Of a stretch of 63,688 nucleotides of DNA, positions 48,195-57,289 are shown in pieces. Every line of letters begins with the position of its first letter. Position 1 is the stretch's first letter. The notes beneath the pieces are model-generated. The model was not told the origin of the DNA, did not search any database, and saw nothing but the letters and a program-made list of their open reading frames with translations. The position numbers and the translations under genes were made by a program. The stretch is from a virus (taxonomy: Duplodnaviria; Caudoviricetes), in the IMG/VR virus record IMGVR_UViG_3300027365_000013, positions 1 to 63,688 of that record; one strand, 5' to 3'.

Positions 48195-49502
48195 ATGAAA
48201 GTACTACAACTGTTCGAATCTACATTACATATCGAAGAATTATCATCCGAAGAAGAATTGCAACAAGCATGTGACCTAATCAATGATGGTGCACAACTTT
48301 CTTGGACTCTTACACCATCTAGGTTATTAGGCAAGCTAGGAAGCACTGGGAGGTTATTTGCTCTATATGATGGTAATGTTATGGTCGGTACTGTAGGTCT
48401 GAAAGAAACAACCATTGAGGGCGTCACAGGGGCTGAAGTGGGATACCTTTATATTAAACCGGATAGTCGCAGTTTCAGTGCCTATACACTTCTTTACCGT
48501 GCCATCAAAGATGTTTCACATAATTACAATTATATTTTCGCAACGACGGTAACAACTAATAACGTAATCAATACTTTGATGAAGCGAAACCAATACGTCA
48601 CATTTGGTTTCTCACAGAAATCTCCATTCAGTGCCAATATACTAAACTATTGGATAGTACATGGTACTAAAATGTCTGTTGAATCAGTTGAAGAACATCT
48701 AAGCGATGAATATCTAAATGAAGACGAATCTGAAAGTGACGGCGAATTTAAAATAATGCTTGCTGATGTTGATTCAGCGCCTAAACAATTTCAAAACTAC
48801 ATCTATAAACTGGCTGAAAGAAGTGACGTATTTGAGGTAGGGGATGAAATTCTAAAGGGACAAGCGATGATTAAGTTCGGTAGAAATTCATCTTTACCAT
48901 CAAATAAAAACACTATCTACTTTGGTAATCGGTTCTATAATAAACACGCACAGTATAGAATGCTAAAGGGCTCGGTACCAACCGTACCGACGTATGAAGA
49001 TAGTGATGATGTAGTGGGTAGTTTTATAGCAAAGCATAAAAGTAGTCAACGACAGCAAGGTCAACTTGTGAATCGAGTTCCTGATAATCCAGAAGATTAT
49101 ATATTTCAGCCTTTATTGGATATATCTTCTGAGTATAGAGCCGTAGTTTACTATATGAATGGTGAGTATCATTTGAGCGGCGTATATAAGAAAATAGGAA
49201 GTAATATGTCAATGACATCCATTACAAGTGGTGAAGTATACAATGTATGCAAGAATATTGCTATTACGGCTGTTAAAGAGTTGGGTTATGGTGCAAGTGG
49301 TGTTGATATAGCTATATCAAAAACAGAAGTTTCTGAATCCTTGGGCGCGTTTGTATCAGGTGTTGGGAAGTTATCAGGTAAAATAACGCGTGGGAAAATC
49401 GAAGGCAACGTTTACTTTCTGGAAGCAAACACAATGCCTTCGGTATCCAATCCTATGATACTGCATGATTTAGTTAAAAGTATTAAATCAAATATCAGAT
49501 AA
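48195..49502 (+). CDS. GNAT-like + ATP-grasp (RimK-like) fusion, late, candidate head-internal protein
   Basis: VGTVGL...EVGYLYIKPD.R; YIFQP...EYR..V, GVDI, FLEAN..P; TATAAATA at 48167-48174; leader MKVLQLFE. Confidence 0.6.
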   Translation: MKVLQLFESTLHIEELSSEEELQQACDLINDGAQLSWTLTPSRLLGKLGSTGRLFALYDGNVMVGTVGLKETTIEGVTGAEVGYLYIKPDSRSFSAYTLLYRAIKDVSHNYNYIFATTVTTNNVINTLMKRNQYVTFGFSQKSPFSANILNYWIVHGTKMSVESVEEHLSDEYLNEDESESDGEFKIMLADVDSAPKQFQNYIYKLAERSDVFEVGDEILKGQAMIKFGRNSSLPSNKNTIYFGNRFYNKHAQYRMLKGSVPTVPTYEDSDDVVGSFIAKHKSSQRQQGQLVNRVPDNPEDYIFQPLLDISSEYRAVVYYMNGEYHLSGVYKKIGSNMSMTSITSGEVYNVCKNIAITAVKELGYGASGVDIAISKTEVSESLGAFVSGVGKLSGKITRGKIEGNVYFLEANTMPSVSNPMILHDLVKSIKSNIR

Positions 49503-49511
49503 TGCTCTACA

Positions 49512-50273
49512 TCACTTCGGATACAAGAGACGGAAAAGGCTCATACGATCATTATAGATCTTTTTATACTTTGTTCCGATCAGTTCAAGTATTTCCTCAT
49601 CTGTATGTGTGTCATAATCTTTCTTGATTTCTAGATACAGCTCAGTGCATGCTGACGGATTTATAATTCCATTCTTACCATAATCATATGCGAAACGAGC
49701 CATTCTGATACTATGAAACAAAGATTTCATCGATGAATAGCGGTCATAATCCTTTTCAACCGTCAGTTTTTTCTTTGCTTTCACAAAAGAGTTTGAACAT
49801 TTCTGAGATATAGAATGACGTACATATTTTTTATTATTAAGACTCAAGGAAGGAAGACATTCCATCGAATCTTTCTTGATATAACCCTGTGACAAGCCTA
49901 AAATCATAGGCTTATAACAAGATGATTCTGTTTTTATGGCATAGTCTAGTTCCAGTAACTCTGTAACATCCATATCGCTATATGCTACCATCTTAACATC
50001 AATCGGATATCCATTAATCAGGTATGATTTGATCGTATCTGAGTCAAGAACTGACGCAACTATATCACGAAGTTCGTGTGAGACAATAATACAAACATCA
50101 TAATCTTTAGCAAGATTTGAATGATATACCATACTGCCGTAATTAAAACACCAAACAAATAGTGGGGTTTGTAACACATAAGGAGTATGGGAAGGTGTTT
50201 CTAACACATGATCGCTCAACATATCGGCTACATGTTCAGTGAAGGCTTCAAGGCTACGAAAATTTTTATTCAT
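49512..50273 (-). CDS. Pol-beta-superfamily nucleotidyltransferase
   Basis: YGSMVY...DYD...IDV motif. Confidence 0.6.
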   Translation of the reverse strand: MNKNFRSLEAFTEHVADMLSDHVLETPSHTPYVLQTPLFVWCFNYGSMVYHSNLAKDYDVCIIVSHELRDIVASVLDSDTIKSYLINGYPIDVKMVAYSDMDVTELLELDYAIKTESSCYKPMILGLSQGYIKKDSMECLPSLSLNNKKYVRHSISQKCSNSFVKAKKKLTVEKDYDRYSSMKSLFHSIRMARFAYDYGKNGIINPSACTELYLEIKKDYDTHTDEEILELIGTKYKKIYNDRMSLFRLLYPK

Positions 50274-50629
50274 ACAGTATACTCCACTGATTGTACAATA
50301 TTAAGATCTTCTATCGCAGTTTGACAAATTTTACAAGGTCTCGCAGGCATCGGATGTCCTTGACGAGACACCCTTGCTACATACATTTTGTGTGCATTAT
50401 TACTATCGCATTTAACCATTGCTTGAATTTCGGCATGGAGGTAAATTGCATTTTCATTGTCTACCATCTTTGCGTAATATGCTTGCAATGGATGTGATTT
50501 TACGTAATTATTCTTACCTTCGGCAATAATTCTTCCACGTTTATCGGTTATAACAGCATAAACCCTGACATGATTTTCATCGGGGTTAATCTCTCGTGCT
50601 TTTTCAATCGCGTAATCTAGCATGTTCAA
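50270..50629 (-). CDS. Zn-dependent cytidine/dCMP-deaminase-family protein
   Basis: HAE...PCKIC. Confidence 0.8.
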   Translation of the reverse strand: MNMLDYAIEKAREINPDENHVRVYAVITDKRGRIIAEGKNNYVKSHPLQAYYAKMVDNENAIYLHAEIQAMVKCDSNNAHKMYVARVSRQGHPMPARPCKICQTAIEDLNIVQSVEYTV

Positions 50630-50676
50630 AGACCTCTTATGATTAATAATACTTGAAGTAAAAAATTATTTCAAGT

Positions 50677-51486
50677 TCATAAGAAGTCTTTGAAAATATT
50701 TTCAAACTCTTCGTCGGTTACCATCTTCAAATCATCGCGCACACCAATAGAAATATTGCTAAGACGATACAACTTAAAAATGTTAAGTGATGGGATCTCA
50801 TCAGTGTATATTGTCAGGGAGTGACCTACATTTCCACCAGATGATCCAATGATTGCATCATACCCTTTTTCTTTTAGACCTTTAGCCAGTCTTAGGATAA
50901 CGTCGGCGTAATGGTCTTTTCGTCGGTTTGCCTCTACAGAAGGAACGTTTGCTGCTACTCGAACATTGATCTTATACGTTTTATTCTTATTGTAAAGCTT
51001 GCTGTCTGTACTAATGCTTATTACTTTACCTTGGATCAACTCAGCATACTTCTCAAGATTCTTGTTACTAAGAGTCAAGTATACAAGATCATTTCTCAAC
51101 AACTCAGAAAGCTGTAGAGCTTTAAAAGGTGTTAAGTTTTCGATAAGAACAGTAGACCTATTATGAAGTTGGTGATATTTAATCTCGTCATTGTCTTTAA
51201 TGAAATTGATTAAATGAATAAACTGTCCCGCCATCAAACTTGAAAACGGTACCACCGCAGTTTGTTTTGTATCTTCAATGACACCATTCGAAATAAGTTC
51301 TTTAAGACCTTTAAGGGCAGGGCTTGATATATTATTAAGATCAATCTTATCATTGAAATCCGATAGGAGTGTCGCACGTTTACCTTCAAACAATACTTTA
51401 TATTCATTACTGTTCTCGTCGGTAAACCCATGACTCTTTACAAGTTCATGTGTTGCTGAATCAATTATTTCATCAAAAGTTTTCAT
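50677..51486 (-). CDS. Hypothetical late protein
   Basis: Leader MKTFDEIID resembles a T4 capsid-targeting sequence; TATAAATA at 51577-51584. Confidence 0.65.
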   Translation of the reverse strand: MKTFDEIIDSATHELVKSHGFTDENSNEYKVLFEGKRATLLSDFNDKIDLNNISSPALKGLKELISNGVIEDTKQTAVVPFSSLMAGQFIHLINFIKDNDEIKYHQLHNRSTVLIENLTPFKALQLSELLRNDLVYLTLSNKNLEKYAELIQGKVISISTDSKLYNKNKTYKINVRVAANVPSVEANRRKDHYADVILRLAKGLKEKGYDAIIGSSGGNVGHSLTIYTDEIPSLNIFKLYRLSNISIGVRDDLKMVTDEEFENIFKDFL

Positions 51487-51523
51487 TGATTGCCCTACAG
51501 TCTATAAAATTGAAATAATAAAG

Positions 51524-51768
51524 GAAGTAGTAATCGCGGGACAACTGAGTATCGGCTTCCAGATTAGGCACGGATATATTTATAGAATTATATTCTAATA
51601 ATGTGCCTTCAATTTTAACCCAGTCAGTTGCTTGTTGCTATCTAGTGTTAGTAGATTATATCACTTTTGTATAGTATAAATCTAAACCTGATAACAACCC
51701 TAATGTAAGATCTGGAACTTTCTATCCACAATTATCTACTCGGGATTTCTCCCTATTAGCGCTAACTG
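51524..51768 (-). ncRNA. Candidate structured, pseudoknotted non-coding RNA of unknown class
   Basis: ORF-free 340-bp gap with five complementary helices, two of them crossing, and an upstream sigma70 promoter. Confidence 0.6.
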
Positions 51769-51774
51769 TTGACT

Positions 51775-51803
51775 ACTATACAGGAATTTATCGAGTCCGT
51801 CAA
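51775..51803 (-). promoter_or_regulatory. sigma70-type promoter TTGACG-17bp-TATAGT
   Basis: -35 at 51803-51798, -10 at 51780-51775. Confidence 0.7.
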
Positions 51804-51826
51804 GCCTTTCTTTCAAAAACTGTGTT

Positions 51827-52333
51827 TCAAAGCTTACCTTTAAGTTTTAACATGTTTATACCATCATTAAACGCCTTATTATTTCTGACATGATGTGATG
51901 TGAACAAAATCATATTTTTATTTTTAGTTTTTTCAATAATCGAAAGACAATCATCGACGTTATGATATTCTTTATGGATTGGATACACTATAGCATTTTT
52001 ATTTACTACATACCAAAAGATTTCTTCATTCAACAATTCCATTTCCTTACTAAAATCTAAACATTCAATAAGTGCATCATCTGTAAAAACATCTATATGT
52101 AGGTCTATATACTCTTTCAGACTATCACTTTTATACATCAAAGTATCACTTTTATACATCAAAGTATCAATTAAATTCGACTTCGAAAATGGCTGTCTTT
52201 GATAATAACTATAATCACTAAACGTGTGAGAATGTATAGGCAGGTTACTAGTTGTAATACTGCTATTGAAACAGTCGTGAAGATCAATGCTACCAGTAGT
52301 GATATTAGTAGTGTTTTTGTCACCCGTATTCAT
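51827..52333 (-). CDS. Hypothetical protein with a 21-bp in-frame duplication (DTLMYKS x2)
   Basis: Tandem tatcacttttatacatcaaag at ~52123-52169; ends INMLKLKGKL. Confidence 0.6.
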   Translation of the reverse strand: MNTGDKNTTNITTGSIDLHDCFNSSITTSNLPIHSHTFSDYSYYQRQPFSKSNLIDTLMYKSDTLMYKSDSLKEYIDLHIDVFTDDALIECLDFSKEMELLNEEIFWYVVNKNAIVYPIHKEYHNVDDCLSIIEKTKNKNMILFTSHHVRNNKAFNDGINMLKLKGKL

Positions 52334-52422
52334 AATTCACCCTTTTTATAAAACTCTACCATCATATTATCATTTGTCAATAAAAAAGGACTCCACAGAG
52401 TCCTTTTTTATATATGTACACG

Positions 52423-53055
52423 TTATTGCAGTTCATCAAAGCCTTGTGAGATTATGTTCCCATCAGGAAGCTTAACTTTCAGCGCTTCCCTTTTCTCGTC
52501 AACATCAATAACTTCACCTTTACGTCCATCATCAATTGTAACTTCATCACCAACGCTGTACTTACTTTCATTTAAAGAATCACTTTCTTTTGCTGATTCG
52601 TCTAAATCTATTTCAAATGTTTTGCTATTCCATTTGTAGTCACCCTTTGGGTTCAACCCACTTTGTTGCATCACGCGCATAACCGTTTTGATTTCTTCCA
52701 TGTCATCTGCCTGAAGAACCAGTGGGAAATCATATCCAGTTAATTGAATAGTAGCAGTGTAATTAAACACCACATCGTCACCAAGATCGTCACCACCAGA
52801 CTCTACTTCGGGCTCAGGCTCTGGTACAACATATTCATCGTCGTCACCCATATAATCGTCTTCTAGGCCATCGCGGGCGATTTCCATGTCTAATTCGCTA
52901 TCAATGTCGTAATCGTCCATATCAAGTCCTGAATCCATTCCCATATCTTCATCACCCGGAAGCTCTTCTTCATAACGATCTTCTTCAATAGGTTCTTGAA
53001 CCTCATCACTGTTCTCGACGCTTTCAAGAAGCTCTCTGTATTTTTTCATACTCAT
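52423..53055 (-). CDS. Acidic late protein with SH3-like tail
   Basis: Leader KKYRELLE|S; LDE|S and LNE|S motifs; YSVGDEV...G.KGEV. Confidence 0.65.
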   Translation of the reverse strand: MSMKKYRELLESVENSDEVQEPIEEDRYEEELPGDEDMGMDSGLDMDDYDIDSELDMEIARDGLEDDYMGDDDEYVVPEPEPEVESGGDDLGDDVVFNYTATIQLTGYDFPLVLQADDMEEIKTVMRVMQQSGLNPKGDYKWNSKTFEIDLDESAKESDSLNESKYSVGDEVTIDDGRKGEVIDVDEKREALKVKLPDGNIISQGFDELQ

Positions 53056-53061
53056 TTTAAA

Positions 53062-54408
53062 TTATCTCCATTTTCGTTCGGCATCTTCTAGTAAATTGTA
53101 TAGTACTTCATTGTATTTATCGATTTGGTTTCTTAATTGCCTTTCCTTACTATATAGAAGATTTAGATTCGAAAAAACTCCTTTAGTAAGATTAAAATAA
53201 CCCTCATCCACATCGATATACTTCATATCATCGTATTTGAAATAGTCAGAACCCGGCTCATCCTCTTTAATCTTAATTCCTTCGCTTTGCAATTGTTGTA
53301 TAGCAATATAAAATATTGTCTGTCTATCTTTATCGGATTCATATTCAAAACGATAAACATATAATTCGTCATCATCAGTAGTCGGTTTTGTTTCAAAATG
53401 AATATATGCATAGATATACTTCATATCATGATCTAGAAGGTAATCCTTATCATAAAGTATAAAGGAGTTAGCGCCGTTGTAATAAATTAGATAGTCCTTT
53501 TCTTTTTGAGGGATTTTTTTAGGCAGTAGTGATTGATAATCCACTTTACCACTTAACCCATCAACAATATCCTGTACACGTTCTTTGCTAATTTCACCCT
53601 TTCGAATCAAATTACTGTATATTCCTGCTGCTAAGAAATTTCTTACTTCTTTTTCCCATACTTTAACTGCATTATTCAATCCAGATGGTGTGAATCCACC
53701 AGATTCTTTCTCAGGATAAAGCTCAGTGTATATCTTTTGCATTATAGGGCCTATCCCTTTCCCCTTGTACTCTTCTGCTACTGAGATTAAAACAGCGCCC
53801 CATTCATCCTGTCCTACGGCAACAATCATACCCTCTTCATTAAAGGCGGCGATGTCACCTCTATCGCTCGTATCTTGTCGTATTTGTATATATTCACCAT
53901 CGATGTTAATGCGCTTCAGGAATTTATCAAATTCTTCTAATCTTGATTTAATGAAAATCTGTTCATATTGATTTTTAATATATTTCACAGGCTGTAATTC
54001 AAGGTCATGGTAATCCGCATTTAATAACATTGAGGCGTCTTTCTTACTGATGGTCATAGGATCGTAATACAGTACACCATCATTGGAAAATGCATACACA
54101 GTGTCAGATTCGTTTGCATCTTTAACAACACCTATAAATTCTCTATCGTTCTTTTCATTAGTATAAACTTCATACTTGGTGCTTCCCAGAATCATTGCAC
54201 CACCTTGGCGTTTAAGATTCATAGAGTAGTTTCTGTTCATGGAAGCAATGTCCATATTATAAGAATCATCTGGGTGGGACTTGTGAGCGGGGTTTCGGTG
54301 TGATAAGTATTCATTTCGTGTCATTAATGCAGGCTGAAGCTTATTTTTATCATAATCATACGTCGCTTCAGTAAGAATATTTTCTATGAGATTTAAATAC
54401 TTTTTCAT
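53062..54408 (-). CDS. GNAT-like domain protein, candidate head-internal protein
   Basis: VAEEYKGKGIG acetyl-CoA motif, FTPSG; leader LIENILTE|A. Confidence 0.55.
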   Translation of the reverse strand: MKKYLNLIENILTEATYDYDKNKLQPALMTRNEYLSHRNPAHKSHPDDSYNMDIASMNRNYSMNLKRQGGAMILGSTKYEVYTNEKNDREFIGVVKDANESDTVYAFSNDGVLYYDPMTISKKDASMLLNADYHDLELQPVKYIKNQYEQIFIKSRLEEFDKFLKRINIDGEYIQIRQDTSDRGDIAAFNEEGMIVAVGQDEWGAVLISVAEEYKGKGIGPIMQKIYTELYPEKESGGFTPSGLNNAVKVWEKEVRNFLAAGIYSNLIRKGEISKERVQDIVDGLSGKVDYQSLLPKKIPQKEKDYLIYYNGANSFILYDKDYLLDHDMKYIYAYIHFETKPTTDDDELYVYRFEYESDKDRQTIFYIAIQQLQSEGIKIKEDEPGSDYFKYDDMKYIDVDEGYFNLTKGVFSNLNLLYSKERQLRNQIDKYNEVLYNLLEDAERKWR

Positions 54409-54535
54409 TTTCTATACACACCTTTGTATTTCGGATGTTTCATGATTTGCTCAACCATTTTATTATTTGAACCAGAAATCTCTATGGTTTCGTCAGCAAT
54501 CATAATGCCCTCAATATCCTTAATCTTCATTTTAT

Positions 54536-55099
54536 TCACCTATTGAAATAATTCATATCTATAACACTATCTTGTGCTTCGTATAGATGCCCCTTTAATA
54601 TCTCACCAAAGCTTATTGATTTCATTTTTCCAGTCTTAAGGGCATTGATTTTTGCATCATCGTGTACAGTAGCATGATGGCCATTAATACCATCCTCAAT
54701 GACTGATGATATGAAATTTTCAATCCTATTCATTGAATTAGGCGTAAAGTCCCAAACCTGAATACTGTAAAAGTTCTTACGTATACGAACACGAACCCAC
54801 CCATCTTTTAGTAAAGAGGTCATGAGATTGTCACGAGCCGAACCTTCTTGTCCAAGCCGTTCACCGTATTCGTCATAAAGAGAGTTGATATCTTCTGAGT
54901 TCCATCCAAACACTTCAGGATTCTGTATCACATCATTGATGTGATAGCTCCCTGCTTTGACAACCCGAATGTCTCCTTTAGGCGAAATCCAAAATGCGCC
55001 GTGAGAGAGTTTAGGCTTTTTGGATTTCTTAGCCTTACGCTCGGCGTACTCTTCAGCCTTTTTTATAATATCCTGAATTTTCTTAATATCGTCTGCCAT
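54536..55099 (-). CDS. Hypothetical protein
   Basis: 187-aa ORF in a late operon. Confidence 0.65.
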   Translation of the reverse strand: MADDIKKIQDIIKKAEEYAERKAKKSKKPKLSHGAFWISPKGDIRVVKAGSYHINDVIQNPEVFGWNSEDINSLYDEYGERLGQEGSARDNLMTSLLKDGWVRVRIRKNFYSIQVWDFTPNSMNRIENFISSVIEDGINGHHATVHDDAKINALKTGKMKSISFGEILKGHLYEAQDSVIDMNYFNR

Positions 55100-55105
55100 T
55101 AATCA

Positions 55106-55405
55106 TTACATCCCTAAATCTTTCTTGGCGAGATTCGTAGCAGTTCCATACAAAACATCTTCCCAATCATCACCGTAACGTTTTTTGAAATAGTCGGCTT
55201 TCTTCTTCAACTCTAAAACATACTCTTCACGCTTATCTTCGAGTTCTTTAGTCATCTCGGTTTCTTCAAGATCTTCCTCAGACTCGTATAATTCCAACGA
55301 TTCTACCATATTCACATACTCTTTTAAAGTATCTTGTGTATCACCAAGTCCAGAAGATATGTTATTGATCATTTTAACCATACCAACAAAATTATTATCA
55401 CTCAT
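55106..55405 (-). CDS. Small late (head-associated-like) protein
   Basis: F..RYG......YGTAT..AK motif; CATAAATA at 55445-55452. Confidence 0.6.
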   Translation of the reverse strand: MSDNNFVGMVKMINNISSGLGDTQDTLKEYVNMVESLELYESEEDLEETEMTKELEDKREEYVLELKKKADYFKKRYGDDWEDVLYGTATNLAKKDLGM

Positions 55406-55491
55406 AAGACTACCTCCATTTTATTTTAGTTGAAGTCCATACCCTATTTATGTTATAATTTATTAAACAACTCGAACAGTGGAGATAATTT

Positions 55492-55797
55492 ATGGATTTT
55501 GACGATATTGAAGACAGCCCACTCATTGGAATCGTGAACATTATTGGTCTCATTCTCGGACTTGGCACTGGAATACTTTATTTTATTGTGGCACTGCTTG
55601 ATCCAAACATCTCATTCTGGCTGGCAGTTGTTTATTTCTGCATCATGTTCCTTGGTGTATGGATTTTGGTATGGATTGCCGTAGTAGCTTGTATTATTTT
55701 TGCAATGTTTATCATTGCATACGTAGGAGTATGGCTTTTCTTCGCTGCGGTCTTTGCTGTGATCCTTGCATTCGACATTCTCATGACCTTATTTTAG
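55492..55797 (+). CDS. Membrane protein
   Basis: Almost wholly hydrophobic; GGAG RBS. Confidence 0.7.
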   Translation: MDFDDIEDSPLIGIVNIIGLILGLGTGILYFIVALLDPNISFWLAVVYFCIMFLGVWILVWIAVVACIIFAMFIIAYVGVWLFFAAVFAVILAFDILMTLF

Positions 55798-55850
55798 TAA
55801 TTAAACCATAAATATAAATACTAATATACAAAAATTTAGGAGTTATATTT

Positions 55851-57257
55851 ATGAGTAAAAAATTCAATAGTGGTTCGGATATGTATAAGAGTCATCGAGA
55901 CATGATCGCTAAAATCATGAACGAGTCTAATGACTTTGATTTGGATGATATGGTAGATGATAAAAGATATTGGGTTGAATATGAAGACAGTGATGACATG
56001 TGGCATGTGTTCTACGATGATGGGAATAACGCAAAATCTGTTGCAAGTTTCGTTGATAAAGATGAAGCTGAACAATACGTAAATGGTCTAAATGATGAAG
56101 ATACGGTAGTGGAGGATTTGAAAGATTACAAAGATGATTATAGTGACCTAGATGAGTCGGCTGATCGTCTTGAAAAAATTAAAAAAGATCCGAGGTCTAT
56201 AAAAAATATAAAAAATCCATCAGAGGAAGAACAACTTGCCGCAGTAAAAGGGCACTATCGTTCAATCTATTCAATAGATAACCCAAACGAAAAGGTCCAA
56301 CTTGCTTCTATCTATGCATCACCAATTTCAATCAAATACATAAAAAACCCAACAGACAAAGTAAAACGTATCGCTAATGCTGCATTAAACAAGGGATATG
56401 AGTATGAATCAATTCCTGACAATGTTGACCTAGATGAGTCGGCTGATCGTCTTGAAAAAATTAAAAAAGATCCGAGGTCTATAAAAAATATAAAAAATCC
56501 ATCAGAGGAAGAACAACTTGCCGCAGTAAAAGGGCACTATCGTTCAATCTATTCAATAGATAACCCAAACGAAAAGGTCCAACTTGCTTCTATCTATGCA
56601 TCACCAATTTCAATCAAATACATAAAAAACCCAACAGACAAAGTAAAACGTATCGCTAATGCTGCATTAAACAAGGGATATGAGTATGAATCAATTCCTG
56701 ACAATGTTGACCTAGATGAGTCGGCTGATCATCCCGAAGACTGCCGTTGTAAGATGTGCAAACCTTCTATATATGAAGGGGGAGAACGAGGTAAGTCCCA
56801 AGACGAATTCAAATTATATACAGACTACGAAACAAAAGCGCAAAAAGAAATTGAGAATGAATCAGACCTTGCTCTTGAAGTTGCAGAAGAAAATGGAATG
56901 ATCTTCGACAATGTGTCTCACATGAGCTGGTTTGTACAGGCAGTGGCTGATCGTCTAAAAGAAGAAGATAAATTAGACGAAAAAGACATGAACATGGGGC
57001 ATATTGATACAAAATATGAGCTTAAAAAACATGTCGCAAATAATTTCGATCATTACAAAGACAATATTATGCGTCTTTACCCACAAGATCAATTACGAAC
57101 AAAGAATGTATTTTTAAAATTCCTCAAAGATCAAAATATCGATATGGAAGAAGTAAAAGATCTTTCCGACACACTTGCTAAGAAAATCAGAGAAGTTGGT
57201 GACGCATATGATGAAATGGCACAATTCTTAGACATTGTGTTACGTGTTTCACAGTAA
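55851..57257 (+). CDS. Late acidic protein with a duplicated 94-aa helical-repeat cassette
   Basis: TATAAATA at 55813-55820; I..I.NP.E..QLA repeats (DUF4116-like). Confidence 0.75.
   Translation: MSKKFNSGSDMYKSHRDMIAKIMNESNDFDLDDMVDDKRYWVEYEDSDDMWHVFYDDGNNAKSVASFVDKDEAEQYVNGLNDEDTVVEDLKDYKDDYSDLDESADRLEKIKKDPRSIKNIKNPSEEEQLAAVKGHYRSIYSIDNPNEKVQLASIYASPISIKYIKNPTDKVKRIANAALNKGYEYESIPDNVDLDESADRLEKIKKDPRSIKNIKNPSEEEQLAAVKGHYRSIYSIDNPNEKVQLASIYASPISIKYIKNPTDKVKRIANAALNKGYEYESIPDNVDLDESADHPEDCRCKMCKPSIYEGGERGKSQDEFKLYTDYETKAQKEIENESDLALEVAEENGMIFDNVSHMSWFVQAVADRLKEEDKLDEKDMNMGHIDTKYELKKHVANNFDHYKDNIMRLYPQDQLRTKNVFLKFLKDQNIDMEEVKDLSDTLAKKIREVGDAYDEMAQFLDIVLRVSQ
56144..56730 (+). repeat. Exact 282-bp tandem duplication (2 units plus a third 23-bp junction)
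   Basis: TGACCTAGATGAGTCGGCTGATC at 56144, 56426 and 56708. Confidence 0.95.
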
Positions 57258-57259
57258 GT

Positions 57260-57287
57260 AAAAAGGGAACCGATGGTTCCCTTTTTT
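57260..57287. terminator. Bidirectional terminator
   Basis: aaaaagggaacc-gat-ggttccctttt between convergent genes. Confidence 0.75.
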
Positions 57288-57289
57288 TA

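Noticed and set aside
51524-51768. Calling the structured RNA RNase P, tmRNA or a riboswitch
   Set aside because: Only the helix order resembles RNase P; the GAAAGUCC consensus, tRNA-like ends and riboswitch motifs are absent.
52123-52169. 21-bp tandem duplication as a regulatory repeat
   Set aside because: A simple in-frame slippage duplication inside a hypothetical ORF.
56144-56730. Three 23-bp direct repeats as a CRISPR array
   Set aside because: The intervening sequences are identical, 259 bp long and in-frame coding; no cas genes are present.
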